Of a stretch of DNA of 64,000 nucleotides, positions 29,501-53,329 are shown piece by piece. The notes below the pieces were generated by a model. The model did not search any database. It was not told the DNA's origin and saw only the letters and a program-made list of their open reading frames with translations. The stretch is from Tubulanus polymorphus (Eukaryota > Animalia > Nemertea), in the NCBI RefSeq assembly GCF_964204645.1, contig NC_134035.1, positions 9,456,451-9,520,450 on the forward strand, read 5' to 3'. Made by a program: the position numbers and the translations under genes. Position 1 is the first letter of the stretch; each line of letters begins with the position of its first letter.

Positions 29501-30400
29501 CATAAGAAGAAAGTAAAAATCGAGACCTTTTTAAGCCGAAGAAACAAATGTCTAATGTTACAGGCATTTAGTGTTTTTGTATAGTTCATAAAAACTCATC
29601 GAGTTAGAATAACCACATACATTGATTGATACATGATGCTATCCCGCTTCTATCGGTTGCAATAATTTAACCAGTTCAGTATCGGGAATTTGAATATCTT
29701 GAAAATGTTATCAAACTGATTTGACTCGACAGATTTACCAAGGCGTCTTCCACCTCGCTGTTCTCCAAGTTCGAAGAGCGAGGATATGGTTTAGTTCGTT
29801 CGGAATATTGCATCTTCGAACGTATTCGAACTATAGTGTATGACGTGATCAAACTATTTCGGCTAGTTTTTTCATCCCGCATTCTAAAGACGAAAATGTT
29901 TTTAACAATTTGTTTTTGAAAACGCGTTCACAACGACAACTCGTGTTCCTTTTAGAATCGGTTTTCAAACTTGTTATCTACAAAACGAACCTCGTCGGTG
30001 TGTTGTTCTTTGTGTCGGGTCACAATACGTGTTTGTGTCTGGAGAAAAATCTTTCGGTCGTCTATGCACGAAACGGTAAGAATAACAAAATGGGACATAT
30101 ACAGCTCCGGGACACATTTTGTATGATAAACGGAAAATAAGCCACAACAAAAACGTGCTATGGGCACAATTTATGCGGCGAAGCGATTATTTTTTTGTGA
30201 ACGCGGGCAGCTATTGTCAACGTCTCCTTAAACATCCGCTAAACCCAACAATCGGGTCATTGAGGAGAAAAGAGCGTAGCACACCTGAGCATAAATCTTA
30301 AATAGCGCTGACTTGAAAAACCGTTGTATCTATAGGATTTCAAATAAAACACCGCTTTTAATGAATCAGTTGTAGCTCACAACATCCGCGATAAAACGAT

Positions 30401-30532
30401 AATAGTAAAATCCTACATTGAATGAAGAATTGTCTAAAAAAAGTATCTTAGAAATACTATAAATATTTCGCGTGGTCACTACCACCCTTCTTCAGTCTAT
30501 CATTTCTTCATTTATTGTGGGATTTTACTATT
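30401..30532 (-). mobile_element. short inverted-end element with a decayed hammerhead-like motif, next to tRNA-Glu
   Basis: Ends aatagtaaaatcctaca..aatgaagaa / ttcttcatt..tgtgggattttactatt; internal on -: CTGAAGA-a-gggtggt-agtg-accacgc-GAAA-tatt. Confidence 0.45.
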
Positions 30533-30595
30533 ACCGCCCTTAATGCTGGGCAATGTTCTAAATTGTGAGTAGATTGGATTGGGTTGACACATATA

Positions 30596-30667
30596 TCCCA
30601 TTTGGTCTAGTGGTTAGGATACCTGGCTCTCACCCAGGTGGCCCGGGTTCGATTCCCGGAGTGGGAA
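30596..30667 (+). tRNA. trnE-CTC: tRNA-Glu (anticodon CTC)
   Basis: Full cloverleaf: acceptor TCCCATT/AGTGGGA, D-arm TGGTCTAGTGGTTAGGAT, anticodon arm CCTGG-CTCTCAC-CCAGG, T-arm CCGGG-TTCGATT-CCCGG; T5 Pol III terminator at 30672-30676. Confidence 0.95.
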
Positions 30668-32006
30668 TACATTTTTACATTCGCTGTACGCTTTACTTCA
30701 TTATGTCGAGACGGTCCCTATAGCCTATTTTTTTCTCACGTTGTCTCACACTATGGGCGAACGCGTCTTCAAAGAAAACTTTTCAACGTGTTTAGCGCGT
30801 CGCGAGGTAATTGAACAGACAAGCCTGCAGTGGCTTCGATTATAACGCGGTAATTTTACTGACTCGACCAAGCGTTAAATCGCGTACATACTCAAAACCG
30901 AGATCTATATCGGAAAGGGACGTGTTAGTGAGAGATTAACAAGATTGCAAACTTGTAGTAAATAATAACTTTCTCGAATAATACAGCGATTTGTTCAGCG
31001 TTGTGTTCAGAGTGGTCTCGATTTACAGTTATGGCTGAAATATGTATCTAAACAGGTTAGCTTTTATATTGTAAAATTTATTCCAAGTTATCGGTAGTTA
31101 TTGTCAAGCGCTGTATCTCCAGGTATAGAGATCATATACGTTTAATGGAAAACGATTAATTTTGAAATGGGTAATATTGCGTCGTAAAGGTCTCGGCGTC
31201 ATGCAAAGCTTATTACGATCGCAATATACCAGGGCGTGTTCGTTTTTCGCCGATGGACAAAAACAATCTTTCGATCGTTCTCCGGGGATGAATTATAGAG
31301 CGAAAATCGCTGATGACTATGTGATACGCGACGCACGATGACATTTCAACGACTTCCATCGGATGTGCCAGGTCCGCCGTTTTTAAACACGAGCGAAGAA
31401 CAAAGCGTTTATTCGCTGAATCAATACAAATACATTATGAACTATAATATATCGACAGTTTATTAGTTTCCAGCGTCTGTTAGTGCTGCGAGGGATTTTC
31501 TGTGCGTTTGAATTACGTCGAAATGGCGTTAATAAACGAAACGAGTAAGTTCATCGTTGTTTGAACAATACGACAGAAAGTGATGGGTGGTATAGGTAGG
31601 ATAACTGCGAGTAGAAACATATTGTAACTACTGCGAGTATAGAAACTATATCGTAAGAGGATTTGGCCTGGGCCAATGTTTTTGGTCCGGGGCTAAATTT
31701 GGTACCGGTCCCATTTCGGCACGGTTGTTCCGGGTCTACTTTGGCACGGGTAAAATTTGGCCCGGGCAAAAAGTGCACGTGTTATCACAGCTATTATATG
31801 TTCATTCACCAGGGCGAGCTTCCAACACCTAAAACGCAGCACGTTATTCTTCTAATGTTTTTCTTTTGTTTTTTAGGATATGACAAATGCTTAGCGAGTG
31901 ACAGGTCACGTGGCTGTGGACTCAACGACAATCATCGGCAATGACTTGCCGGACATAATTCTTGCGAGAGAAGAGAAGAGAGAGAGAGAGAGAGCTAGTC
32001 GTCACC

Positions 32007-41995
<9,989 letters not shown>

Positions 41996-43665
41996 CGCCT
42001 GGATAAGGTCCAAGGCGCTATACGCGTGAACTAGTCAGAATGTGGATATCGTGAGAAGAAGACTTGGCGTGGTTGTTTCAGAGTCTGGTGGAAATCCGGT
42101 GTTTGTGCAACGCGTGCAAAACGCTCAGCTCCGCCGTTTCACGTATAAATAACGAATAAACCACAGCGGAAACTATAATTGAACTACGTCAAAACAGCAA
42201 TGAACGTAAGGTTGAGGTTCGAGGTTGAGCCACATCCGTGTGATTACTCCAAGTGACGACGCCATATTGGGTCGATCCGCCATATTGATTGGCGATATAG
42301 TCATTAAATCAAATGATGAAATCAACACGCACGACCCCTATACAAAAAACACTGTCGACACTTCGATCTTTGACGCAATCATGACTTTTATTATCAGATA
42401 TTATGAAATTGTAAGCAGCATTTAAAACGAACCTCGCATATACGAGTTCGACGCGTCTGCGATTTCATACACCGAATTCTACAGCGAATTCATTCTTTCA
42501 AACCAGATTTGATTGTTCTAAATCGTTATTTGCTAGTCACGAGTTGCAATCTAATCAAATAAGATTTGCTCAAGAAGATTAATTTGATGATTAGATGAAC
42601 TACTGACAAGAAATAACTGCCCGAGGTTTCGACATAATATCTTCTACGTTTGAGTTTAAGTTTTACTTTGAGTTTTGACCAGATCAGTTTTCGAAAAGCT
42701 AGGTCGAGGTTTTTTTGCAATTCGATTACACTGATTATGGACTCTTAAAAACAAGTTCAGTGGATGGATTATTCCACGTGTATCGTGTTTACAAACACAG
42801 TAAAGAGCAGGTTAACTGCTAAGAAAATAGCGGAAACCTCGTATGGAATAAAAATGTTTAGTCCGCCATCTTTAAATCGTATCAAATCGTCATTAAAATC
42901 AAATCGCCTCATGATTTGTTAAATCGATGCCGCGTTAAAATCAATAAGAAAAGTTATTGACTCCCTGAAAAAAGATATGCGATCAAATTTGATTATGCCA
43001 GGATAGATACGGTTTTAGTTAAAATCAAATCTGATTTGACAGGATAATTCGCTGTGAATATCCCCGATGCGACGTCGTGTTTCTTTTGTCGCGTCTCAAT
43101 TTGCCATAAAAGAATGAAACGGGTTCTTTATCGATGAAAATAATTCTATAGACGCTACGTTTCCGTATAATCATCGTCGTTCAATATTACGTACACCAGT
43201 AAAGTTAGCGAATTGATTTTCTCATCCGATCCGTTTTTGCAATAGAACCATCTCGAATCTATGGAATCGTAGATGACGTCGTTGCCGTACGTAAACAGAG
43301 ATGCCAAAATGGCGAAATCATAGAACAATCGTTCAGACCCAAATCGAGTTAGATTTAATCATTTTGTATATAGGGCCTATAAATAAAATTGAAGCAATTT
43401 ACAGTTCTACTATGTGATGCTATTGATAAGTCAATGTTTCAAAGTCGATGCACTATACACTGCCACTTTCTTTTATAAGAGATACGCTGATTTTTAAAAT
43501 AATCCAACAAAGCAAGATTTTGAATGAAATTTAACTTAATTTATCGGTGAGGACTGAAACATCTTGTTGCAACTCACCGATGATAAATTCACTTTAGACA
43601 CCAAACTTTGTCACGTCACTATTATATTGTTCGTTCGTTGTACATGTATATTATTTATTTTATGA

Positions 43666-43671
43666 AATAAA
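43666..43671 (+). terminator. candidate poly(A) signal of four-jointed
   Basis: AATAAA preceded by TGTA and U-rich sequence, ~1.7 kb after the stop; other AATAAA hexamers occur in this UTR, so the choice is tentative. Confidence 0.35.
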
Positions 43672-44014
43672 GATGGATATATCAGATATGACGTTGTCAG
43701 GGTCGTCTTTATAATGTCTTATTACGAGTCTTGATCGCTATTCCGATCGTGCTGACTTCTAAACTTCTAAAACGGTCGCTTTTACCATTATTCATGAACG
43801 GAAAGAACGGTTTTCAAAGGAAGAACGTGATTCAAATAAACCTAAACAAATCGTTCGCCGAACAATACCAGAAACAGTTAGAATGATGATGACAATCTCG
43901 AGTTCGCAGATCGCAAATGGAATAGCGGTCGTCGCAAAGGAGTGATATATGGAGATTAGATGTGATAAGTATAACTAAGTAGGCACCGCTAAAGTTTTGA
44001 AACCTCCAGATATA

Positions 44015-44300
44015 TATCACTATCATTACGATTATCATTATCATTGTATTCATAGTGCCTGTATCCACAGGATGCGATCAAAGGCACCGCAGGTATATAA
44101 CCAGATTAAAAATACAAAAATGTGTTTTTAGACGTTGTTTGAAGATTGCTAAACCGTCTGATACCCTGGCAGAGAAGGGGAGCTTATTCCACGTGCGTGG
44201 AGCAGCATCTCTAGCGATCTTCAAGAACGACATCAGCCTGATTCGTTTGGACTGGAGTTCTCCGGAAAATCGTAATGAGCGGCTTGGTGTGTGTATAGTG
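44015..44300 (-). mobile_element. 5'-truncated L2/CR1-clade LINE remnant
   Basis: AAPRTWNKLPFSARVSDGLAIFKQRLKTHF matches the L2 ORF2 C-terminal pattern; (ATG/ATA)n tail. Confidence 0.75.
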
Positions 44301-47300
44301 CAAGTTAGTGTGACAGAGGTGACGTTGTTGAAGTTTGATAACTTTTTACAATTATAGTAAATATATCTTATGAAATTATTCAATTCAAGCTAAGATTGGA
44401 GCGTTATGTTCTCTTAAGTGTTGAGGATATCTAATTTGTTAGAAGTATTTCTGAGGTTTGCGACTCAGCCTCAAGCGACCATCACAAAACAGGACTCAGG
44501 CAGCCTTCTGTACAACGCAGATAAATCGGGTTCATTTTCGATTTCACCCACGTATACACACGGACCTTGATTGTCGACGCCGATCTCGTGACAACCGATG
44601 CACCTCAATAATTATTTTTCTGATCGAGTTTGTTAATCATCTACCAGAAATGAATAGGAGTTCGAAGGTTCAACGTATGAACACGGAGCGATAAGCCTGA
44701 AATGACTGTATATTTACTGTGACATGTAAGAAATATACGATCGTGACTTGAGATGACGCGAATCTGAAATATTACCTTTTAAAAGACTTTAAGGTCGGTG
44801 GTGGTTGACTTTTCTTCAAAAATCGAATTCCTTCCAATTTCCTAACGTCCAATTCAGACGGGTTGGGTCTAGCTTTTTGGAAAAGGGGGCGGGTACGCTT
44901 ACTTGGGTCACTACTTACATATGGGGTGGGGTCTGGGTATACAATGCCCCATCAGAAAACTTTGAAATATTAGATGCATTCGGAGAGCACTCTCCTGGTT
45001 GAAATTAGTAATGAAATATGTTCACAATTTCACCATTTACTAAACAAAAAGTATTGGGTAGAAAATTCCTGGGTCACTCTGCGGAAAAAGGGCACCCCTG
45101 GATCCGCAACTGAGTAATTTGTTATAACAGGCTCGTTATACCTTCACGTATTGGTCTCATCAATCCGGGTTCGTGAGTTCAATTCCTGGGAACGGCAGAT
45201 CTAAGCCAAGTTCTAATCATATGACCTCTCTCCCTAAACGGGCGGAAATGTCGAAAATCGTGAAAGCTGTATCTAATATCGTATGCGGTACTTTTTAGAA
45301 CCGCACAAACACGATGTAAGAGATGTCGAGACGGTCAGATCAGAGGATAATCCAATGTTTACATAGTTAGTTTGGAAACGTTCTTAGTTTACCCCTGTCA
45401 TCTCCCAAACCGAGTAAACTCACAGCGACGAGACACGCGGTATAGATCAAAGGCATAAAACCTGATATTTTTTCACTTCAGTTCTCGGGGAGAGGCAGGG
45501 AGAGGGAGAGAGATTACTGTCATCGATACACGAGTGTAAAACCTGTTAAAGACAGGTTGCGCGTACGTCGTATTTTTCGCGGCGCTGGTGAGCGCCCCGT
45601 GACGCCAGAGGCAAACATATGTACTTATTCCGACGCGTTCATAATAAATGCATACAAAATCTCGCGGGATTCTAAACGAACGGTGACAATCTATCATAGT
45701 CACCGGTTGACAAATGGCACAATACCTTGATAGTTATGCCGTGTGCGGTATCGCAAATTTGATTTGTAGCTTCGGCGTTATTCTTAGATTGAAAAATGAT
45801 AAAAATCTAAGCGAAAAACTACATAATGAAGAAAGTGATTTTCTAAGTAAAATCGCTATCGACGGGAAAACGCGATAATGGATTCGAAAATAGTAAAACG
45901 CGTTACAGGAACACGCCTCTTAGTAACCTCTGGCTCGCAAATGTCAATCAAAGCAGGACTGCAATATATATCATGTTTAGTCTAAAAATGGCACCAAAGA
46001 ACATGATTTGTGCAGAGGATGTGACAAGTCATAAATAGATGACTCAAAAGAAGAATCTGTCGGAAACGTAACTACAAGTAGTATTGATGAAAATGGAAGT
46101 AAATGTAGATTAAATTAGATTTTTTATGCAGTGGAAAAATGGCCGCGCTGACTTACACCAGGGCCCAGTTTCATAGGACCTTGGAGTTATCAGACTGATG
46201 TCTGATTATTCCAAGCAAAGATTGAGTATCAAAGCTAGCCATTATAGGGGTAAGTCCTCAATCACGGTGACAACCACTATAACATTGAGAAACCTGGATA
46301 TTTCAGGATATTTCCCCGGATATTTTTGCTTCCACATCTATGAAATCCTGCCCAGGATTCGAACATAGTCGCTTGCGTGGCGGCGAGTGATTTTTGGTCA
46401 CGGCGCCCATTAAACTATGACAAGATGATTCTTATAGGTTATTTCATCGATCTTAATCAGGCAAACTTCTTTCCAGACGAAAAGCCTTGATAAACTACAT
46501 GCTCCCACTGCCGTCTTGAAGGTTAATACCTATAATTAAGAGGATGACACAGTCTAGACCAGAACACGTGCGTGTCACCTTCGCATTCTGACACATTAAA
46601 CGCTTCCTCCGAGTTCTCGTCACACTTATCCCGTTCTCAGTAACACGATCAGACCCAACACGTCATACTTACGTGTGTGACTATCTTCTGACCAGCGTTG
46701 ATAACCGTAACGGGTGATTTTCTAATTTCTGATTTCACAGCTCTGGTGATCGATCTATTCATTCCTGTTTCCATAATATCAGCCAAGTATGTTTACACGA
46801 GATAAGATCGACCAAAAAATCATTCGTATACGAAAAACCCTCTATTCAGACGACGGTCAGAATCGTTAATTGCGATCAATTGATCAAAACGTCAGCTTCA
46901 GTGTGGCTCGATTTATTAGTATTATTGTCCAAAGTACTCGCTTTAATGCATACTTTAATGGCCACGACTTTGATCCCTTTGAAGAGAAATATGACTATAA
47001 TTGCGGTTAATTCGCGATATTATTAGAAAGGTAATCTATCAAGTTGAAATATGGCGAATGTATAATCATCACATCGCGAAATCCTACCGGAAATGAAATG
47101 AAATATAAAAGTAATAAGTATGTTTTGAACGCAACGGAATGATTAGATGCGAATTGTGCAGATATGGGAGACTGTTGTTTGCATCCCGGCAGCAGGGATT
47201 AATTCAAACCACCCGATGATATCGCCAGAGGTTCCGTCGCCGTACGAAAGGCCGGATGTGACGTAGCGAAAGCTTGTTTTCTTAATAAAATCAAGTTAAC

Positions 47301-49884
47301 CTTTTAAGATACATGAATATCTAATAGACATCTGTTGTTACGTTCGCTGATTTCACAACGGGCTAGCACGGTTCCTCAACAACTCCTTTCGCATGAAATA
47401 GAACAACAGATATATAATCATATCGGGTCCACATATCTTTAATGTGGCGCAAAAATACTTGAGCCGGCTTGGCTATGTTTGGCCCGGGGTCTGTGGGCAT
47501 TTTGGAGATGGTCACGTTCTAATCTCAGTCGAAAGGAGTATAGGATGCGCTTTGCACTCGGAAAGCGGGCGAATATCGTCGAAGAAAATAGACGTGTAAT
47601 ATCGACCATCTGCAGTCGTTGATTTCAATCGCCAGACGATTTGATGACATATTGCTCCCTCGTCGTTAACGTCTATCGTTTATATTATATATCGTTTCGA
47701 TAATCGACGTGAAACTACGGCAGACACGACACGCAATGAGCGGACAAAACAGGTTCAACGTGAAAAGCGTCGATTCAAAAGAGAATCTCACGAGATATAT
47801 GTCACTTTTTAATGATAGCATCGACCCGGTAAACGACCCTGTTGCCGCGCGCGATATTCACGACGAATGTTCGCCAATAAAAACCGAATCAATACCGAAA
47901 AGAAAACGTCGTGAGTTGTATTTGAAACTGGTAATTGATATCCGGGCTTATCGTCTATTGATTGGCAAAAAGATCGGGATGTTTTAAGAAGCGTGGAGCT
48001 CATCATCATCAACGTTAACAAACGAGCTCGAAGTAACAGACAAATCACCTCGTGTAGAACGGAGGTGGCACATCATTATTATCTTTTTTTTTCGTATAGT
48101 AGCTATGCGATGATTATGGTGATTTATTTTATGACCTTTTGAAAACGTATCCGGAAAACCAGCGAACGAGGCGGATCGCCACTCACAAATTGAGTAATGG
48201 CGATATGGTATGGGTATCCTTAGCCCAGAAGGGTGTATAAGCTTGACCGAAATCATGCGTATGTTTAGGTTTGGTAATTACCTAAAAGTCGATACTGAAA
48301 ACTAACGGGGCATGTACATCTTGAAGGATACTGCTAAACAAAAACCGCCTAAGATTCAGACTTTCATAATTTTCGCTCTGAATTTGATATCGGTTTGAGT
48401 TCGAATCAGTGGGACCTAACGCGGTTTGCAAGACGAATATTCTTAACTCGAACATAAATCTTAGAACCATCGCATTTATCGGTAAAAAATCTTTTAGCGA
48501 ATATGCACACATTATTACGACACTGTGGTCACCGCTGGTGGAAGGTAAAGTACCGTCTCGGTCACGTCAAGCTACCGGAAACATTTCTCCGACCTTCGAG
48601 AGCCAAACAAACTATAACAACTATCTTAAAGACTGCCGTTGATGCGCAACCCTTGGTTGAACCATTTTTTGAAAATTCTAGCGTGGTCATTCTTGCATAA
48701 GAATCCCGAAGAAAACCTATCAGAGAAGCTTCTCAATTTCAATTCATCACCTAAACATAATCAACGCATGATTTATGACAATTTTTCCTGAATGAGAATT
48801 CAATCGCATTTCTACGCTCGCGCAAACAACACAAAAAAGTAAAGAAATCTGACATCTGAAATATGGAACGCATTTGACGATCAAATCTTTCGCGACGAAA
48901 AATTGCAATTGAAAATTGAATTTTACTACAAGAACGAACAAGAACGACCACTAACACCAATTTTCGTAATGATGATATTATAATTTCGATATAAGCAAAG
49001 TATATCGTCTTACCTGGTTTATGCCTTGAATTCTTGAGAGATTTATAGATTCCAAGCCAGAAAGACGAAGCGTCTCTCACCGGCGTCAGATCAGTAACCG
49101 CACAGACGATCGACAAGTCTCTTCCCGCGCTCACGTACACTATAGATTTATAGTCGCATCTGGCGCAGACGACTTTTGCAGGTTTCGATTGCACCGTATT
49201 CTGGTTTAAGAATAGCGATTCCGGGGTTTACAAAACTATATTTCGGCCTTCCGTCGGGCTTTCTAGAGATTTGCTTCCGATTAATGATCAATAGATGCGA
49301 CATGAATATAGAATCGAACCTGTTGATACGTAGTTTGGTACGCAAGCGGTTGCCGATGTCTTCTTAAGCAAAATACCATTCCTTTTGCGAGACTAATGAC
49401 TTATTCAAAGCCTAAAGCGTTGTGCTACCCACGGTACGCTACCCAGATATAGTATAGTGTATATTGTATACCAAGGAGGTGGGTACCTCCCTGCAGGGTA
49501 TACTGACTTCAATCTATCCAGTATTATACTTGATTAACCGCTATTAATTTACCCTGTTACCACAATCAGTCCCCAGCCACAGTGATTTAATAATCGTACT
49601 GAATACGTTGAATTATTATACGTCTGGTGTCGTCGTTAGTTCTGTGGGTGTAGTTCGACCCTGGAGTTGGATCCGAAAAGGAATCGGGTATTTCGGCCCC
49701 TGGAGTTTCATCCGAAACACGAGGAAACACGAAAACACATAATGTGTTTCTCACGTGTTTCTCGTTTCTCGTAAACGCACGCGACACAAGGAAACGCTCG
49801 GAAACATGTTTCTGACTCCTGTTTTCCGCGTTTCTCGGCGTTGGACTCAATGGGCAGAGAAAAATACTCGATGCGTTGGAAGAA

Positions 49885-50036
49885 CGGTAGACTCCGCCCA
49901 AGTCGGATCCGATCAACTCGAACGTTTTTTGAAAATCTTTTTGTGACACTGTTCCTGAAATACATAATCGCCAACTCGGATATCGCTTCAAGTCGGACAC
50001 ATTTTCACGGTCCCAAAAGATCCGACTTGAGCGACT
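49885..50036. mobile_element. MITE family; second copy at ~51733-51890
   Basis: actccgccc.agtc.gatccg.tcaactc ... ggtccca.aagatccgacttgag shared by both copies. Confidence 0.65.
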
Positions 50037-50506
50037 GCATTTTACGAGACAAGAACTATAGTATAGTTACGTAGGTTGACACCACGCTTTACTGCGACAG
50101 CAATCTAGCGATACGGGTGATTATTAGATAACAGTGAATCCTTATGCCCCACGACTAACCTAATTTGCTCGCCTTATTCCCACTAACGAGGCCTGTTTCA
50201 ATTTTACAGAATCGACATTTCAAACAATTTTCTCTTCTCTCTCTCTCGACATCAGTCAACCGTTTGATGTGCCGCGCGCGCGCGCTGGTATTTTACAGCC
50301 GGTTTTGAGATGCACAAGAATCTGTTCATTATAGAATAGAAAATACGCATGTATCGTTCCATATTCACATTAGCTAAGATTGAAATTATGATAAAGATCT
50401 ATATAATTATCTAAAATATACATATACAGTCAGGGGCAGATGTAGGGAAATCGGAAGGCTGGGGAAGGGGATCCAGAAGAAAATCGAAGGTTTTTCTCGG
50501 ATAAAG

Positions 50507-50603
50507 CATCCTCGTGATCTAGGGATTCGAACCTGATGGAATCGCTACACTCAGCCACGGCAATCTCGATGCCATCGGGTTCGAATCCCTGCCGGTTGAG
50601 GAT
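50507..50603. mobile_element. internally deleted copy of the 62077-62400 MITE family
   Basis: Shares agggattcgaacctgatgg..tcgcta.actcagccacggca and the inverted end. Confidence 0.65.
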
Positions 50604-51407
50604 AAAGCAACAATGTCGAAGGCCACTAACAGGGGATGCCATCCTCGATTTTAACATGTTTCTTATAAATAGGTCCTGAAGGATGCATATTCCGATACGA
50701 TGAGCGTCAATTTGCCGGTTTCAACTATTTCTGTCTTGACGAAAAGGGCAACCTTAGTTATAGTGGGAAGGAAGGCAGGCAGGGTCCAAACTCCAGTTAC
50801 AGTCGAACTCGCCAAGTCATCAAAGCTGGGATGATCGTTACGTCGACCACAACCTTAATACATGTACATGTAAATTGAATTAGAAATTCACAGGGACTCG
50901 ATAATAGTGGTGACTTCAGTAATGTGACGACCTATAAATGTACTCATACATGTATTGTTTTCTGTTGCGAATACCATATATCAAATTCCGAAGGTCTGAT
51001 CCGCACAAATCAACTTAAGCAAACGCGAATTTATTTCTTTTTCCTAAGAAATAATTTTATTGTTTGACAGAGACATATTGAATAATTGTTTCAAACAAAC
51101 CTACGGAACATAATCTTCCCCCCGTTTTATTTCAGTTTAGAAAATTGTTGTAGAGGTTTCACTTAAACGTACCAAGCCCGCAGGGACGCAAGTCAGAGAG
51201 TTATTAACTGACGGGTGCGAAAATAAGTTTATTTTCAAACACACATGTACGACGAACTGTAAGTTAATCGTAACTATGTCTACTATACACTCTTAACTTT
51301 TAAGAAAATGTTCTCCTGATAAACCTGTAGTAGAATGAGAATAATATATCACCTGAACCGTGAAAATAAACCCATTATTTTTTATTGAGACTAGATACAA
51401 TTAATAA

Positions 51408-51627
51408 GGCTAAACAAAAATGATACCTTGTTTCTCCGCAGCGGCCGGGTCATTTTTGTAAAATATGATAAAATTTATAAACAGTTCATTTCTATAGCGG
51501 CCGGGTCTGTTATGGTGAAATTGATCACGATTTTAAAAATAGTAATGTATAGGGTAGATAGGCGGCCGGCCGGGTCAACATTTAAGCTCAGCAGAGCGGA
51601 GAAACAAGGTATCAATTTTTTTTGGCC
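51408..51627. mobile_element. PIF/Harbinger-type (Tourist-like) MITE
   Basis: TIR ggctaaacaaaaatgataccttgtttctccgc / gcggagaaacaaggtatcaattttttttggcc with TAA duplicated on both sides. Confidence 0.75.
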
Positions 51628-51913
51628 TAACATAGTAGCGTCTATATTTATTAGATAAGCTGTTTGTAAAACGAAACAGAAACAAGGATATACACATAAT
51701 GTATTTACATATAAAACCATACCCTAAAATAGTACAGTCGACTCCGCCCCAGTCAGATCCGTTCAACTCAGATATTTTGAAATATTTTTTGTAACACTAT
51801 ATGAAATGCCGCGACATCCAAGTTGTATATCGCTCAAATCGGGACACATTTTTATGGTCCCAGAAGATCCGACTTGAGTGAAGTCAAGCGTACTTTACTC
51901 GTTGTCGTTTTAA

Positions 51914-52281
51914 CAGGGTCCCTACAGATCAGTCATTCCTGGATATAAGGAGTTTTGAAGGAGAAAATTTCATATTTCAAGAAAGTGTCTGCAATACTTT
52001 CATATCCATATTACTGTAGACTCCTAAATCGGACTTAAGACTATCAAAACTTGGTTTCTAATTCAGTAACAACATGATTGGGTAAAACAAATCCCAACTG
52101 TATCGATTTAGGGGTAGTCTACTGTACAACTACAAACATTTTTAATTGCATTTCTCAAAATTGAAGGAGTGTTAAAGGAGTCTCAGGTATTTTGTTCATA
52201 TCAAAGGACTTTCAAGCAGCTTTAAAAGCATTTTCCGTTTCGAAGGGGTTTTTAAGAAACCAAGGCGTCGTAGGGACCCTG
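51914..52281. mobile_element. MITE with CAGGGTCCCTAC terminal inverted repeats
   Basis: cagggtccctac ... gtagggaccctg; no clear target duplication. Confidence 0.65.
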
Positions 52282-53232
52282 ATCAAGTAAAATCAAATGC
52301 AATAAGAAATTGCCAACTTATAACATTGCAGGCAGCCATATTGGAAAATCGTTATCAGTAACAAACTGAACCTATTTCTAAAAACATATCCTGAAAGAAT
52401 TTGTTGAACTTAAAATCGCTAAACTAAGGATTATCTTTCATCTCAATACGTACTGGGTAAACAGTAAACAAATCAAATCCAATTCTCAAAATTATAAAAT
52501 AGGAAAAATCAAGAGCATTCGGCAGCTCTGTATCGATAACAATTCGATTAGAAACGGGGCCCCCACCGAAGAATAACCACCTTGAAAAACCATTCTTAGG
52601 CCATCCCAAAATAATGGTCTGTTAACCGTAACCCGACCAACCCGACTTCAAAGGTAGCGAGTGAAAACTTTTTTTTGGGATTCATTGAAATAAATTCTAT
52701 TTTTGTGATATTGTTTCCATATAAAAATGGTAATAAATTAGTTTTTTTGCCACTAAAATTTTGCAAAAAAATATTTCTACCTACCTACCGACTCGTCCTG
52801 AAAACTTGAGTCGGTGTCTACAGCAAACAGACAATTATTTTGGGATGGTATTCTCCAAGACTAAGGGCATACGTTATTTTACGATAGATCTGAACAAAAA
52901 CTGGCAAAAATTTCAGGGAAAAATTCAAAGACTTCAATAATTTTCTTTTTGATTTCAACGCGCGAATAGATACAGTAGACTCGAACAGGGGTGAAGGAAA
53001 CATTTGTAGACGCGAAAAAATGAAATACTGTACACGTTTGTCACTACAGTGGAACCTCGTTACAGCGAACTTCACATGACCAGAAAATACCTTCGTTTTA
53101 ACCGACAGTTCAAAACAGTATGAAACTAATGAAATTTTCTTATTCTATATTTGTTATAGCCATAGAATCGTTAAATGAAGAAATCCCACACTTCGAATTT
53201 AAAATTATACGATCAAATTTATTATTATGAAA

Positions 53233-53275
53233 CCACAACGTTTCGGCTGTTGAATTAACAGCCATCATCAGGTGG
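53233..53275 (-). ncRNA. minimal type I hammerhead ribozyme motif (sense to ADAR1)
   Basis: On -: ccac-CTGATGA-t-ggctgtt-aattc-aacagcc-GAAA-c-GTT-gtgg. Confidence 0.7.
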
Positions 53276-53287
53276 AATGTAGACATT

Positions 53288-53329
53288 CCACCTGATGATG
53301 GCTGTTAGTCAACAGCCGAAACGTTGTGG
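53288..53329 (+). ncRNA. minimal type I hammerhead ribozyme motif
   Basis: ccac-CTGATGA-t-ggctgtt-agtc-aacagcc-GAAA-c-GTT-gtgg: stem I, core, stem II, GAAA and a GUU site. Confidence 0.7.

Noticed and set aside
47709-49367. Cluster of short ORFs between four-jointed and ADAR1
   Set aside because: No recognisable motifs or consistent exon chain; a lncRNA or small gene cannot be excluded without RNA data.
50272-50286. (CG)6 Z-DNA-prone tract near the ADAR1 3' flank
   Set aside because: Too short and too far from the gene to link to it; such tracts are expected in CpG-rich DNA.
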